Source of the DNA: Waddliaceae bacterium
Lineage (GTDB): Bacteria; Chlamydiota; Chlamydiia; Chlamydiales; Waddliaceae
DNA length: 37,282 nucleotides
Direction of reading: 5' to 3'
NCBI GenBank assembly: GCA_049583465.1
Contig: JBAUVX010000405.1
Span: 1-37,282, forward strand
Positions 35,601 to 37,282 of this stretch are shown here, piece by piece. The notes below the pieces were generated by a model. That model was given only the letters and a program-made list of their open reading frames with translations, had not been told where the DNA came from and ran no database searches. Each line of letters starts with the position of its first letter. The first letter of the stretch is position 1. Made by a program: the position numbers and the translations under genes.

Positions 35601-37282
35601 TTACTCGCATTACAGAAAAAAATGCTTCCACCCACCATACATTTTGAGAAGCTTAATCAACATATCTCTCTAGAAGATAGTCCATTTTATATCAATACCG
35701 AGTTGCAGCCGTGGGAAACATCTTCAGGAATTTTACGATGTGCAAGTGTGAGTTCGTTTGGTTTTAGTGGGACGAATGCTCATTTAGTGATTGAGGAATA
35801 TCGTCCCCAAAATACTCAATCAGGCCGAAAAACAACTGTTATCGACCTCCCTACCTCAGTGATTATCCTCCTTTCAGCGAAGAACAAAGAACGTTTGCAA
35901 GAGTATGCGAAAAGCCTTGTGACATTTATTCAAAACAATAAAGACAATCAAATCAATCTGGCTGATCTTGCTTACACACTACAGGTAGGTCGCGAAGCAA
36001 TGGAAATCCGTCTAGGAATGGTTGTGCGTTCAATGGAGGAGCTAGAAGAAAAGTTGCAGGCCTTTGCCGAGGGGAAAGAAGAGGCCGAGGATTTATATCT
36101 TGGCCAAGTCAAGGGAAATCAAGAGACAATAGAAGCCTTTACTGCTGATATAGATTTGCAAAAAGCAATGGAAGCCTGGATTGTCAAAGGGAAGTACAAC
36201 AAACTTCTCAATCTTTGGGTCAAAGGTCTGGTTTTTGATTGGAATAAACTCTATGGTCCAAATAAGCCAAAGCGCATCAGCGTACCAACCTATCCCTTTG
36301 CCAAAGAGCGCTACGGGCTTAAGACTCAGGTTTTGCCGATAAACTTACCGATTAACCCCCCTTCTGCGCTTAGTACCGAGGAACCTTCTGAAGTGATGTA
36401 TTTCGAAGAGGTGTGGCAAGAACAAGAGCTTCACTTAAATCACCAAACAGTCAGCACTGAACAAAACGTTAAGACGATTCTTTGTTTCCTCTCAAATATA
36501 GAAAAGCAACAGGCCTTTACTGAAACAACCAAAGCCCTTGATCCTCAAGCGCGAGTGATCTTTATTGCTGAACAATCAGGTGACCGGACACAAAATTACC
36601 GCGTTGTACGAGGAGAACAAAATAGTTATCGACAAGTTTTACAAAACATTAAGAAAGAATATGACCACATTGACGGGGTTTTTTATTTATGGCCACTGGA
36701 AGACCACTGTTGGATTCGAGATCTCTCTCCCATCACCATGCTTCTGCAAGCACTATCGATGACCCAACTGCGATCTCGACGGATTTTATTGGCAGCAGAG
36801 TTTCACGATGACGTAGAGCGTTGTTACCTAGAATCATGGGTAGGCTTTGAACGTTCTCTAGGACTGGTGATGCCTAACACTCAGCTTGCAGTGATTTTCC
36901 AAAAACAGACCCAAGAAACGACCTCTGGCAATATCCTTGATTGGACAAGCAAACTTTGGAAAGAGTTCACACAAAAACAAACACAAAGCGTTTGCTATCA
37001 TCAAGGCAAACGACATGTATTGCAGATCCATCCAAGAGTTCTTAAATGGGATGAGCAGTTTCTAAAAGATGCTTTGCGAGGAACGATTTTAATCACCGGA
37101 GGCTTTGGAGGACTGGGTTTTCTTTTTGCCGACTATTTCGCTAGAAACACACAAACGAAGAGAATCATTTTAACCGGTCGCTCTGCTCTAACCCCTCAGA
37201 AACAGTCCAGACTGAAACAGCTTGAAGAATTAGGTTGCTCGGTTTTTTACTTACAAGCCGATGTGTCCGATCTAGAAGCCAT
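11604..37282 (+). CDS. Giant modular type I polyketide synthase subunit, trans-AT type; 3' end outside the window; not listed in the ORF track
   Basis: ATG 11604-11606 directly follows an in-phase TAA at 11598-11600 and overlaps the gene 1 stop by 26 nt. GTG 11655 and ATG 11658 are alternative starts. The phase (positions = 0 mod 3) reads as PKS to the last base (MLEQQKHTEDKDRLCSEVMCFEEVW ... LQADVSDLEA). None of the 22 plus-strand track ORFs after 11629 is in this phase. Domain order: KR-ACP-KS-DH-KR-ACP-KS-KR*-cMT-ACP-KS-KR-ACP-KS-DH-KR-ACP-KS-ACP-ER-KS-KR(partial). Confidence 0.9.
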   Translation, partial: MLEQQKHTEDKDRLCSEVMCFEEVWEEQERPLTSPKTHEQAHTILCFLSNLDNQQACEEALHAIDPRTQIIFIAEQSDNRRENYRVVREDRESYQSALQQIRHDHEHIDGVFYLWPLEDPCWIRDPSPIAMLLQALSITQLQPRRILLAGEFTGDLERCYLESWIGFERSLELVMPNTQLAVIFQKNTQETACGNIPDWTEKLWREFTHNQTQSICYQHNKRHALQIHPREPNLDEQYLNNLMLGTILITGGCGGLGFLFAEYFAKNMHTKAIILTGRSPLTSQKKSMIKELEKLECSVYYLQADVCDQEAMKNGLNRIKKHVGPIAGVIHSAGINEFKTIIEKDFKEFQEVLDPKVKGTLILDEVLSEEPLHFICYFSSSSAILGDFGACDYAVGNRFEMAYAHYRNALLAQGKRFGKAIVINWPFWKEGGMQFGGSEQADFYLKSSGQQHLTTSSGVEVFKKILCQQQTQHLVLVGQPSRVHRFLGLTTAPLGVDSPIVPASPTPTQGERRPEMRGLSVAQCLEWDLKDHISRLLKIPCEALDRETHLAEYGLDSISLIEFARILSHHYGFEVTPALFFGYSTLEKLIHYFLDTHAKNITEFYQGTQGKSVVNAPSSTLDKPKKARFKRSRFFAQPQHSTLESIAIIGMSGRFPQARSIEEMWEILSAGKDAVEEIPEDRFDWRQYDGEVRYKWSGFIPGIEEFDPLFFEISPREAEEMDPRQRHLIQESWKALEDAGYGVEQIKQHKIGMFVGVEEGGYGFQGEGNITANHNGILAARIAYFLDLHGPTMAINTACSSGLVAVHQAILSLRSGECSTAIAAGVNLMLSPAPYVAMNQAGMLSSDGKCFAFDHRANGMVPGEAVAVVILKKLSDAKSDKDPIHAIIRGSGINYDGKTNGITAPSGVSQTALLTSVYHTHQINPEEIDYVVAHGTGTKLGDPVEINALNDAFEAYTQKQNYCALTSTKSNFGHTFAASGVVSLISLVEALKRESIPGSLHCENENAYIRWEQSPFYVNKSTKAWPKSEANKRMGAVSSFGMSGTNAHMVVESYSCHEKERGEAFPSYLLPISAKTAEALQEKIQHMLKALQHIKGGKEGLTAMGYTLQMGRHHFSHRCAIVVEDLEDAVYVYNKIDAGERSANVFQGKVKRDFNGQKVIEQSITELLIKCRTLEENPTAYRDILCALADFYCQGYGIAWDLLYGEEKPHRIPAPTYPFAKEHYWIKSREAKLSCLVQSNRRSQLNPLLQENTSTLSEQRYTSTLTGEEFFLNDHRIKGKKVLPGAAYLEMAYEGVKHSCGLSDGQSVQLKNIVWAQPIVVEGSPVDVAMGLSPEENGEISYEIFTERANKSGDSVVHSQGVAVCKTSAETPTLNLANLKKKLNQQRLDPEACYTTFTKVGLDYGPAHKALEEVYAGDSEVLAKLTLPASIKETKEQFTLHPSLLDGAFQASVGLGMSGSKELQPLVPFALESLEVFNGCEETMWAWVRFAEGGPTAGKVHRLSIDLCDDAGKVCIQIRGFSARELVGEISEESEKVGTLIVKPIWQEKPLDDRQQLFHYRERRVYLCGFKQAGKELQDKAGFSLELGTEHKDLAEQFSAAAVQLFEDIQRILKEKHQGQTLLQVVVPSQGPKQVFAALSGLLKSAHVEHPQLFGQVIVVSETISATELMSKLEENKKQPQDDHIYYEGGRRLVSFLEEIHSVDVEKTIPWRDHGVYLITGGAGGLGQIFAEEIARKCTSTTVILTGRSALSNNKQEKLQELKRSGADVQYKTIDVTDKQAVAALIRKIQHDFGKLNGIIHSAGVINDHFILKKGAEEFQTVLAPKVLGTINLDQATKTLKDLDFFILFSSSAGSLGNAGQADYATANAFMDAFAHYRNTLLGSKRTGTTSSINWPLWKAGGMDVDQATKKMMKERLGLVAMETAAGIEAFYQGLSAQVPQVMVLTGLLKRMRHKLLSFSKNTSKTQVASTLAKTVSGVDAGHLLDRIQQALIQVISKLLKLRVEDLEVDAEFSEYGFDSITLTDFANRLNERYQLELTPTVFFEHPTIGRFAKYLSEAHQSTFAVQKPAQMETIQIAEVEISEERLRLRRRCRFAHTRSSSASFDSDILDPIAVVGMSGCFPEACDIHEFWKNLSEGKHCIQTIPKERWDWRAFYGDPQQENNKTNVKWGGFIEGVDAFDSLFFGISPREAQLMDPQQRLLMTYIWLALEDACYPASTLSGSNTGIFVGTASSGYTGLITNAKLPIEGYSSTGIVPSVGPNRMSYFLNVHGPSEPIETACSSSLVAIHRALVAMRTGECDQAIVGGVNTIIGPEAHISFSKAGMLCQDGRCKTFSKQANGYVRGEGVGMLFLKSLEAAERDGDHIYGLIRASAENHGGRANSLTAPNPKAQRDLLIRAYQQAGIHPETVSYIEAHGTGTELGDPIEINSLKAAFKDLTEEMGSSQVQEVRCGLGSVKTNIGHLELAAGVAGVIKVLLQLKHKRLVKSLHCDEINPYIALKESPFYVVQESQEWRPLQDANGKPLPLRAGVSAFGFGGVNAHVVLEEYIPKDGRESKEKGVALPSSPLIILLSAKSRECLQDYTKNLLTWIQNDKDHQINLVNLAYTFQVGREAMEMRLGMIVHSMEELEQKLQVFIKGEEVAEGLYVGQVKRNKDALDVFTADEDLQQALEAWASKGKYSKLLGLWVKGLIFDWGKLYGANKPRRISAPTYPFAKERHWVEDGLGNTTKAGLKEAQKTSAELVPMSPVWEAVVLEKMELLSEKDKQMLIIGGTQCQVRALKELYPQANNLAIKTNADIDAIATQLYTQDFNHLIWVSSHFPLRSLDSKDLIQEQEKGVLHLFRILKALLSLGYGEKELAWTLITTATQSVCKDDRVNPTHASIHGFIGSLAKEYPQWKIRLLDMQEDEEWPVRDMFRLPYDRKGNALAYRAGEWFVQKLLPVRECLSQNRLYKTGGVYVVIGGAGGLGEAWTQWMIENYQAQIIWIGRREKQAIQGKLTSMAAIGSKPIYIQADARYQESLQKAYQQIKQQHAHIHGVIHSALDLFDYALANVDEKRFQSILSVNIDLSVSIARVFMHEPLDFFLFFSSMAAFTKSGGFSGYSSGCTFKDAFACQLSQACSYPVKVMNWGYWNIGSGSRISEQIKIRQKQSDIKAIEPAEGMTILEKFLNGPLKQMALVKTSKPTAMEGEWVIIYPGTIPSMMNKDISYLIDEPDPNTLAKGLEIQEMESLLYKLLWSCLQSLGLFQKQCFKFSDLRHQEVFIEFYDPWMKEVFSVFCHKGYLKFDGEKYTVENSDKVDLNIAWDEWDRRKKAKQWNEDSDKRAQIVLVEACLRALPEILTGKRQATDVMFPHSSMNLVEGVYQGNRVSDAFNKILAQVLATCIQERLAQDASSQIRILEVGAGTGGATAAILPTLQPFKQQIVEYCYTDLSKSFLFHAEEQYLPQHPFLCTKIFDVEKSLSEQNISADTYDFVIANNVLHATKNIRQTLRNVKAALHKNGLILLNEICNKSLFAHLTFGLLKGWWLQEDDALRIPGSPGLYPQAWEKVLKEEGFDPVLFPAEKVHGLGQQIVVAESNGIVRQKRSGQADHEMPAKALPQSKSQKIQSDSRQYEPINEILKEKSINYFKKLLGKILRIDSNKIDSLESLESYGIDSILIVQINNSLREIFGNISSSLLFEVQTLHALVEYFINNKKEELIKLFGLEYQKVSDHQVSVKETSGMSVDDGNAEANSQPFRESIAIIGISGRYPQAKDLTTYWENLKSGKDCIVEIPEERWSLEGFFHSPIEEAIAQGKSYSKWGSFLEGFDEFDPLFFNISPREAMSMDPQERLFLQSCWAVLEDAGYTRERLSTQKNNSVGVFAGITKTDFGLHGPKLWQQGAHLYPQTSFSSVANRVSYCLDLQGPSMPIDTMCSSSLTAIHVACEYLHQRECEMAIAGGVNIYLHPSGYINLCVQHMLSVDGRCRSFGKGANGFVPGEGVGVVLLKRLSQAIQDQDHIYAVIRGTSVNHGGKTNGYTVPNPKAQEALIQAALEKAGVDARTVSYIEAHGTGTALGDPIEITGLSQAFNKVTEDRGFCALGSVKSNLGHLEAASGIAGLTKILLQMKHKTLVPSLHAEELNPHIDFANTPFFVNRDLHKWKRPVLKINGEEKEYPRIAGISSFGAGGSNAHILIEEYCSEVRQASGKGILFRGPVIIVLSAKDVERLKEYAKSLVTFVQNDKNRQINLVDLAYTLQVGREAMKVRLGMIVHSMEELKDKLQAFIDGKEDVGDVYLGTIKQNKESLFRLQADEDLQTAVQAWMNKRKYSKLVDLWVKGFAFDWDKLYVANKPQRISAPTYPFSRERYWVKRENLPSSLQIKEPSPSIAEKSSEVMCFEEVWQEEELPSTLRTDKHVHTILCFLSNVDKQQVFVEAIKAMNPQTQVLFITEKSEDQRQHYTVVRGERKSYQRALQNIQQDHGHVDGIFYLWPLENPCWIQDLSPITMLLQALSITQLQPQRILLAGEFTDDLERCYLESWIGFERSLGLVMPNTQLGVIFQKNTQKTTCGNISDWTKKLWKEFSHKKTKSVCYQQGKRHALKIFPRVAKLDKQFLNYLLEGTILITGGCGGLGFLFADYFARNTQTKRIILTGRSALTSQKQSRMKQLEKLGCSVFYLQADVCDLEGMKEGLKKAKEHVGPISGVIHAAGINESKTIIEKDFKEFQEVLDPKVKGTLVLDEVLHDEPLEFICYFSSSSAILGDFGACDYAVGNRFEMAYAHYRSALKAQGKRFGKAVVINWPYWKEGGMQFGESEQADFYLKSSGQQHLTTAEGIDIFEKILCQEQTQHLVLVGQPGRVHRFLGLTDEPLRLDSPKVPALPASTKGERRPELRGLSVEQCLEWELKEHVSRLLKIPRESVDTGDNLADFGFDSISLAEFAHILRDHYGFEVTPALFFGYSTLEKLISYFLKEHGKNLAEFYQTAQEKQALNLPSSPIQQSEPVQAKSVQFAARRSDSSNLEPIAIIGMSGRFPQAQSIEEMWEILSAGRDAIEEIPEGRLDWSQYNREVRYKWSGFIPGIEEFDPRFFEISPQEAEEMDPRQRHLIQESWKALEDAGYGVNQIKQHNIGMFVGVEEGGYGFPGEGNITAGHNGILAARIAYFLDLHGPTMAINTACSSGLVAAHQAILSLRSGECSTAIVAGVNLMLSPAPYVAMNQAGMLSSDGKCFAFDQRANGMVPGEAVAVVILKKLSDAESDKDPIHAVIRGSGVNYDGKTNGITAPSGVSQAALLKSVYQTYHINPEEIDYIVTHGTGTKLGDPVEINALNDAFKEYTQKQNYCALTSIKSHFGHTFAASGLVSLISLVEALKRKSIPGSLHCENENDYIHWEQSPFYVNKSTKAWPKHGTNKRVGAVSAFGMSGTNAHMVVESYSCHEKERREAFPYYLLPISAKTQEALQEKIQDILKALQSIQGEKEGLTAMCYTLQIGRHHFSHRCAIVVEDLEEAVYLYNQVKAGERPANVFQGKVKRNFKGQKVIEQSITDLLIKSRTIQEDPATYREILCALADFYCQGYDIAWDLLYGEEKPCRIPAPTYPFAKEHYWKKSRDATADGLVQSSRRSRWHPLLQENISTLSEQCYGSTFTGEEFFLNDHRIKGKQVLPGAAYLEMAYEGVKRSCGLPDGQNVLLKNIVWTQPIVVEDSPVDVTMELFSEENGEISYEIFTERANESGDSVGHSQGVAVCKANGETPILNLADLKKKLNHRSLDLEGCYATFKEMGLDYGPAHKALVEVYTGDHEVLAKLTLPASIKETQEQFTLHPSLLDGAFQASVGLGISGSQQVKPLLPFALESLEVFDRCKETMWAWVRFAEGSTTAGNIHRLSIDLCDDAGKLCIQMKGFSAREPVEEPEAVDTLMVTPIWQEKPLDDRQQLPQYREHRIYLCGFKQTREELQEKAPHVFSLEPDPEQKGLEEQFSSYAVQLFEDIQRILQEKPQGQTLLQVVVPSQGPKQVFAGISGLLKTAHLEHPQLFGQVIAVSEKISATELMSRLKENKKQPQDDQIYYEEDRRLVSVLKEMHSAELEKTIPWRDHGVYLITGGAGGLGLIFAEEITRKCTSTTLILTGRSTLSTEKKDKLKELQRSGAEVQYKKVDITDKEAVAALIREIEHDFGKVNGMIHSAGVINDDYIVNKQTEEFRAVLAPKVLGTINLDQATKTLKELDFFIVFSSSAGCLGSAGQADYATANAFMDAFAHYRNTLLGSKRTGRTYSINWPLWKEGGMDVDQTTKKMMKEHLGLVAMETAAGMEAFYQALSAQVPQVMIMRGLLKRMQSKLFPKQLSKARSTQTDSGIDTGHLLDKIQQALMKVISQSLKLRIEELDIDAEFSEYGFDSITLTDFANRLNQHYQLELTPTIFFEYPTIGRFAKYLNEDHQSVFAIQTPQQKEATEILEDQTSVARPRRRCRFATTAISFAPDSKTTEPIAIVGVSGCFPEAGDIHEFWENLKEGKHCIQEIPQQRWNWRAMYGDPRQESNKTNIKWGGFIEGIDTFDPQFFGISPREAQLMDPQQRLLMTYIWLVLEDAGYSASSLSDSNTGIFIGTGSSGYTNLITNAKLPVEGYSSIGVVPSIGPNRMSYFLNIHGPSEPIETACSSSLIAIHKALISMEAGECDQAIVGGINTILSPDVHISFNKAGMLCQDGRCKTFSKQANGYVRGEGVGMLMLKPLEIAEREKDHIYGLVRSSAENHGGRANSLTAPNPKAQTDLLIRAYRKAGIHPGTVSYIEAHGTGTELGDPIEVNSLKAAFKELAQEMGSGQIQESYCGLGSVKTNIGHLELAAGVAGVIKVLLQLQHKRLVKSLHCDEINPYIELKGSPFYVVQESQEWRALQDSSGKLLPRRAGVSSFGFGGVNAHVVLEEYIPKDGQQSIEDIVDLPSSRVIVPLSAKNRERLQDYAKSLATWIQNDKERQINLVDLAYTLQVGREPMEVRLGMIVHSIKQLEKKLQAFITEAEEIEDLYIGQVQRNKETSLAVFGADEDLQNAMQAWASKGKYNKLLDLWVKGLAFDWNQLYGANKPKRISAPTYPFAKERYWIEAQDLSANKSIQPSKKNPLTSLEEYVADDQGRVSRSLSKPLGITLAALSEEQNFSVRGNQMQQAVDISLPADKQMSSTASHHDPGESSLLKETLLTELVISLANILYMKPSEIDMNKSFVEIGLDSIVGVEWVQEINKKYSLNIVATKVYDYVTLQEFAKFLKKELDKKGTVPTQEPSKPRPSVSVEQPQSTKSEPQNVLSSGDNYGLVLSTVSSFENISLKKWEIPPPSCGEVTVKVEASAVNFPDTLCVKGLYPTMPDYPFVPGFEVSGTISRLGDQVSEISLGDEVIAFTGGQMGGHARYVNVPVENLMRKPQCVSFEEACSLPVVFGTVYYAFEKGKLSPGEHVLIQTATGGCGLMALQLARLKSCVCYGTSSRPEKLAILKELDVPYVLNYQEDFDRKIKEITNDRGVDVVLNTLSGDGIQKGLNSLAASGRYVEIAVHALKTSPKLDLSQLVHNQSIYSIDLRRLRAQKGGNKNSEAFHTMISWLESGIVVPVVSRIYPVHQIVDALTYVSQGKHIGKVVISHTCQHMVDCMDHCLNRMLEQKRKAESRECSRESSPSIAINKAGKEMTEAIAIIGMSGRFPKAPHVDRFWENISQGKDCISEIPTTRWPIDQYYDSNKHVPGKTYCKWMGMLDDIDQFDPLFFNISPAEAQWIDPQQRLFLENAWHCVEDAGLNPSSLSGSSCGVFVGCGGSIYGSTMHEKELSVQSLMGGSSSILSARIAYVLNLKGPCLAIDTACSSSLVAIAEACNSLVLKTSDLALAGGVCVLSGPALHIMTSHAGMLSEDGRCFAFDARANGFVPGEGVGVVLLKRLSDAIRDRDQIYGVIKGWGIKQDGKTNGMTAPSVNSQISLEKEIYNRFGINPETISLVEAHGTGTKLGDPIEVEALIESFRSYTDKQRYCALGSVKSNIGHLQSASGIAGVIKVLLALQKKMLPPTIHFEKLNQHISLEDSPFYINTELQPWETSSGILRCASVSSFGFSGTNAHLVIEEYRPQNTQSGRKTTVIDLPTSVIILLSAKNKERLQEYAKSLVTFIQNNKDNQINLADLAYTLQVGREAMEIRLGMVVRSMEELEEKLQAFAEGKEEAEDLYLGQVKGNQETIEAFTADIDLQKAMEAWIVKGKYNKLLNLWVKGLVFDWNKLYGPNKPKRISVPTYPFAKERYGLKTQVLPINLPINPPSALSTEEPSEVMYFEEVWQEQELHLNHQTVSTEQNVKTILCFLSNIEKQQAFTETTKALDPQARVIFIAEQSGDRTQNYRVVRGEQNSYRQVLQNIKKEYDHIDGVFYLWPLEDHCWIRDLSPITMLLQALSMTQLRSRRILLAAEFHDDVERCYLESWVGFERSLGLVMPNTQLAVIFQKQTQETTSGNILDWTSKLWKEFTQKQTQSVCYHQGKRHVLQIHPRVLKWDEQFLKDALRGTILITGGFGGLGFLFADYFARNTQTKRIILTGRSALTPQKQSRLKQLEELGCSVFYLQADVSDLEA
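11652..13070 (+). other. KR3: ketoreductase (structural + catalytic), N-terminal domain of gene 2
   Basis: Junction motif SEVMCFEEVW 11649-11678. Rossmann motif GTILITGGCGGLG 12336-12374. DPKVKG Lys and FSSSSA Ser present. Tyr 12780-12782 (CDYAVGN). In HSAGINEF, Phe 12615-12617 sits at His+7, so there is no Asp (A-type fingerprint). Confidence 0.85.
13158..13392 (+). other. ACP3: acyl carrier protein domain
   Basis: LAEYGLDSISLIEFARIL. Ser codon 13272-13274. Confidence 0.85.
13533..15278 (+). other. KS3 + flanking subdomain: ketosynthase, elongation-competent, distinct clade
   Basis: ESIAIIGMSGRFPQ. Cys 13998-14000 (NTACSSG). AHGTGTKLGDPVE and SNFGHTFAASG present. Core ends ~14765. The flank is distinct (GYTLQMGRHHFSHRCAIVV...) and ends PTYPFAKEHYW (Trp 15276-15278). 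Confidence 0.9.
15336..16175 (+). other. DH4: dehydratase domain, catalytic motifs intact
   Basis: Starts LNPLLQ. DHRIKGKKVLPG (His 15426-15428). GLDYGPAH and VPFALESL present. LLDGAFQ (Asp 15939-15941). Confidence 0.85.
16221..17460 (+). other. KR4: ketoreductase, catalytic residues intact
   Basis: Rossmann motif GVYLITGGAGGLGQ 16746-16787. APKVLG Lys present. Tyr 17193-17195 (GQADYATANAF). In HSAGVIND, Asp 17025-17027 sits at His+7 (B-type fingerprint). Confidence 0.85.
17553..17785 (+). other. ACP4: acyl carrier protein domain
   Basis: EFSEYGFDSITLTDFANRL. Ser codon 17661-17663. Close paralogue of ACP1 and ACP7. Confidence 0.85.
17934..19763 (+). other. KS4 + flanking subdomain: ketosynthase, elongation-competent
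   Basis: DPIAVVGMSGCFPE. Cys 18444-18446 (ETACSSS). EAHGTGTELGDPIE and TNIGHLELAAG present. Core ends ~19247. Flank ends PTYPFAKERHW (Trp 19761-19763). Confidence 0.9.
19839..21015 (+). other. KR5*: KR-fold domain, paralogue of KR1, with the predicted catalytic Lys replaced by Asn (possibly inactive)
   Basis: Starts MSPVWEAV (cf. MSPVWNAV of KR1). Rossmann motif GGVYVVIGGAGGLG 20469-20510. FFSSM Ser and Tyr 20910-20912 (FSGYSSGCTF) are kept. The Lys of KR1 (LKAKVDV) is Asn here (LSVNIDL, codon 20799-20801). Confidence 0.7.
21285..22355 (+). other. cMT2: SAM-dependent C-methyltransferase domain
   Basis: SAM motif I ILEVGAGTGG 21798-21827. NNVLHATKNIRQTLRNVK and LILLNEI present. Paralogue of cMT1. 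Confidence 0.85.
22452..22685 (+). other. ACP5: acyl carrier protein domain (distinct sequence type, AT-rich coding)
   Basis: LESLESYGIDSILIVQINNSL. Ser codon 22572-22574. Confidence 0.8.
22821..24647 (+). other. KS5 + flanking subdomain: ketosynthase, elongation-competent
   Basis: ESIAIIGISGRYPQ. Cys 23346-23348 (DTMCSSS). EAHGTGTALGDPIE and SNLGHLEAASG present. Core ends ~24137. Flank ends PTYPFSRERYW (Trp 24645-24647). Confidence 0.9.
24720..26138 (+). other. KR6: ketoreductase, paralogue of KR3
   Basis: SEVMCFEEVW starts at 24717. Rossmann motif GTILITGGCGGLG 25401-25439. Tyr 25845-25847 (CDYAVGN). HAAGINES has no Asp at His+7 (A-type fingerprint). Confidence 0.85.
26226..26460 (+). other. 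ACP6: acyl carrier protein domain
   Basis: LADFGFDSISLAEFAHIL. Ser codon 26337-26339. Paralogue of ACP3. Confidence 0.85.
26601..28346 (+). other. KS6 + flanking subdomain: ketosynthase, elongation-competent, twin of KS3
   Basis: EPIAIIGMSGRFPQ. Cys 27066-27068 (NTACSSG). THGTGTKLGDPVE and SHFGHTFAASG present. Core ends ~27833. Flank ends PTYPFAKEHYW (Trp 28344-28346). All landmarks lie at +13,068 nt from KS3. Confidence 0.9.
28404..29245 (+). other. DH5: dehydratase domain, catalytic motifs intact, twin of DH4
   Basis: Starts WHPLLQ. DHRIKGKQVLPG (His 28494-28496). GLDYGPAH present. LLDGAFQ (Asp 29007-29009). Confidence 0.85.
29277..30520 (+). other. KR7: ketoreductase, twin of KR4
   Basis: Rossmann motif GVYLITGGAGGLG 29808-29846. 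Tyr 30255-30257 (GQADYATANAF). HSAGVIND has Asp at His+7. Confidence 0.85.
30597..30830 (+). other. ACP7: acyl carrier protein domain
   Basis: EFSEYGFDSITLTDFANRL. Ser codon 30705-30707. Confidence 0.85.
30969..32801 (+). other. KS7 + flanking subdomain: ketosynthase, elongation-competent, paralogue of KS1/KS4
   Basis: EPIAIVGVSGCFPE. Cys 31479-31481 (ETACSSS). EAHGTGTELGDPIE and TNIGHLELAAG present. Core ends ~32282. Flank ends PTYPFAKERYW (Trp 32799-32801). Confidence 0.9.
33066..33300 (+). other. ACP8: acyl carrier protein of a different sequence type, with Trp at Ser+6 (candidate beta-branching ACP)
   Basis: FVEIGLDSIVGVEWVQEINKKYSLNIVATKVYDYVTLQEF. Ser 33180-33182, Trp 33198-33200. The other seven ACPs have Phe, Leu or Ile at Ser+6. 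Confidence 0.8.
33417..34391 (+). other. ER: MDR-type enoylreductase domain, located after the ACP and before the next KS
   Basis: GEVTVKVEASAVNFPD and PFVPGFEVSG present. The nucleotide-binding site is LIQTATGGCGLMALQLA (TATGGCG 33858-33878). GVDVVLN, GRYVEIA and GKHIGKVVI present. Confidence 0.85.
34530..36317 (+). other. KS8 + flanking subdomain: ketosynthase, elongation-competent, cis-AT-like N-terminal signature
   Basis: EAIAIIGMSGRFPK, then TRWPIDQYYDSNKHVPGKTYCKWMG. Cys 35034-35036 (DTACSSS). EAHGTGTKLGDPIE and SNIGHLQSASG present. Core ends ~35801. Flank ends PTYPFAKERYG, with Gly 36315-36317 where every other flank has Trp. Confidence 0.9.
36390..37282 (+). other. KR8 (partial): ketoreductase, third copy of the KR3/KR6 type; runs off the window
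   Basis: SEVMYFEEVW starts at 36387. Rossmann motif GTILITGGFGGLG 37080-37118. The window ends at ...LQADVSDLEA. Confidence 0.8.
36390..37282 (+). repeat. Supermodule repeat, copy 3 (partial; continues beyond the window)
   Basis: It starts at the same junction motif (SEVMYFEEVW). By hand count, 37110-37282 differs from 25431-25603 at 11 of 173 positions. In this stretch it is closer to copy 2 than copy 1 is. Confidence 0.8.
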
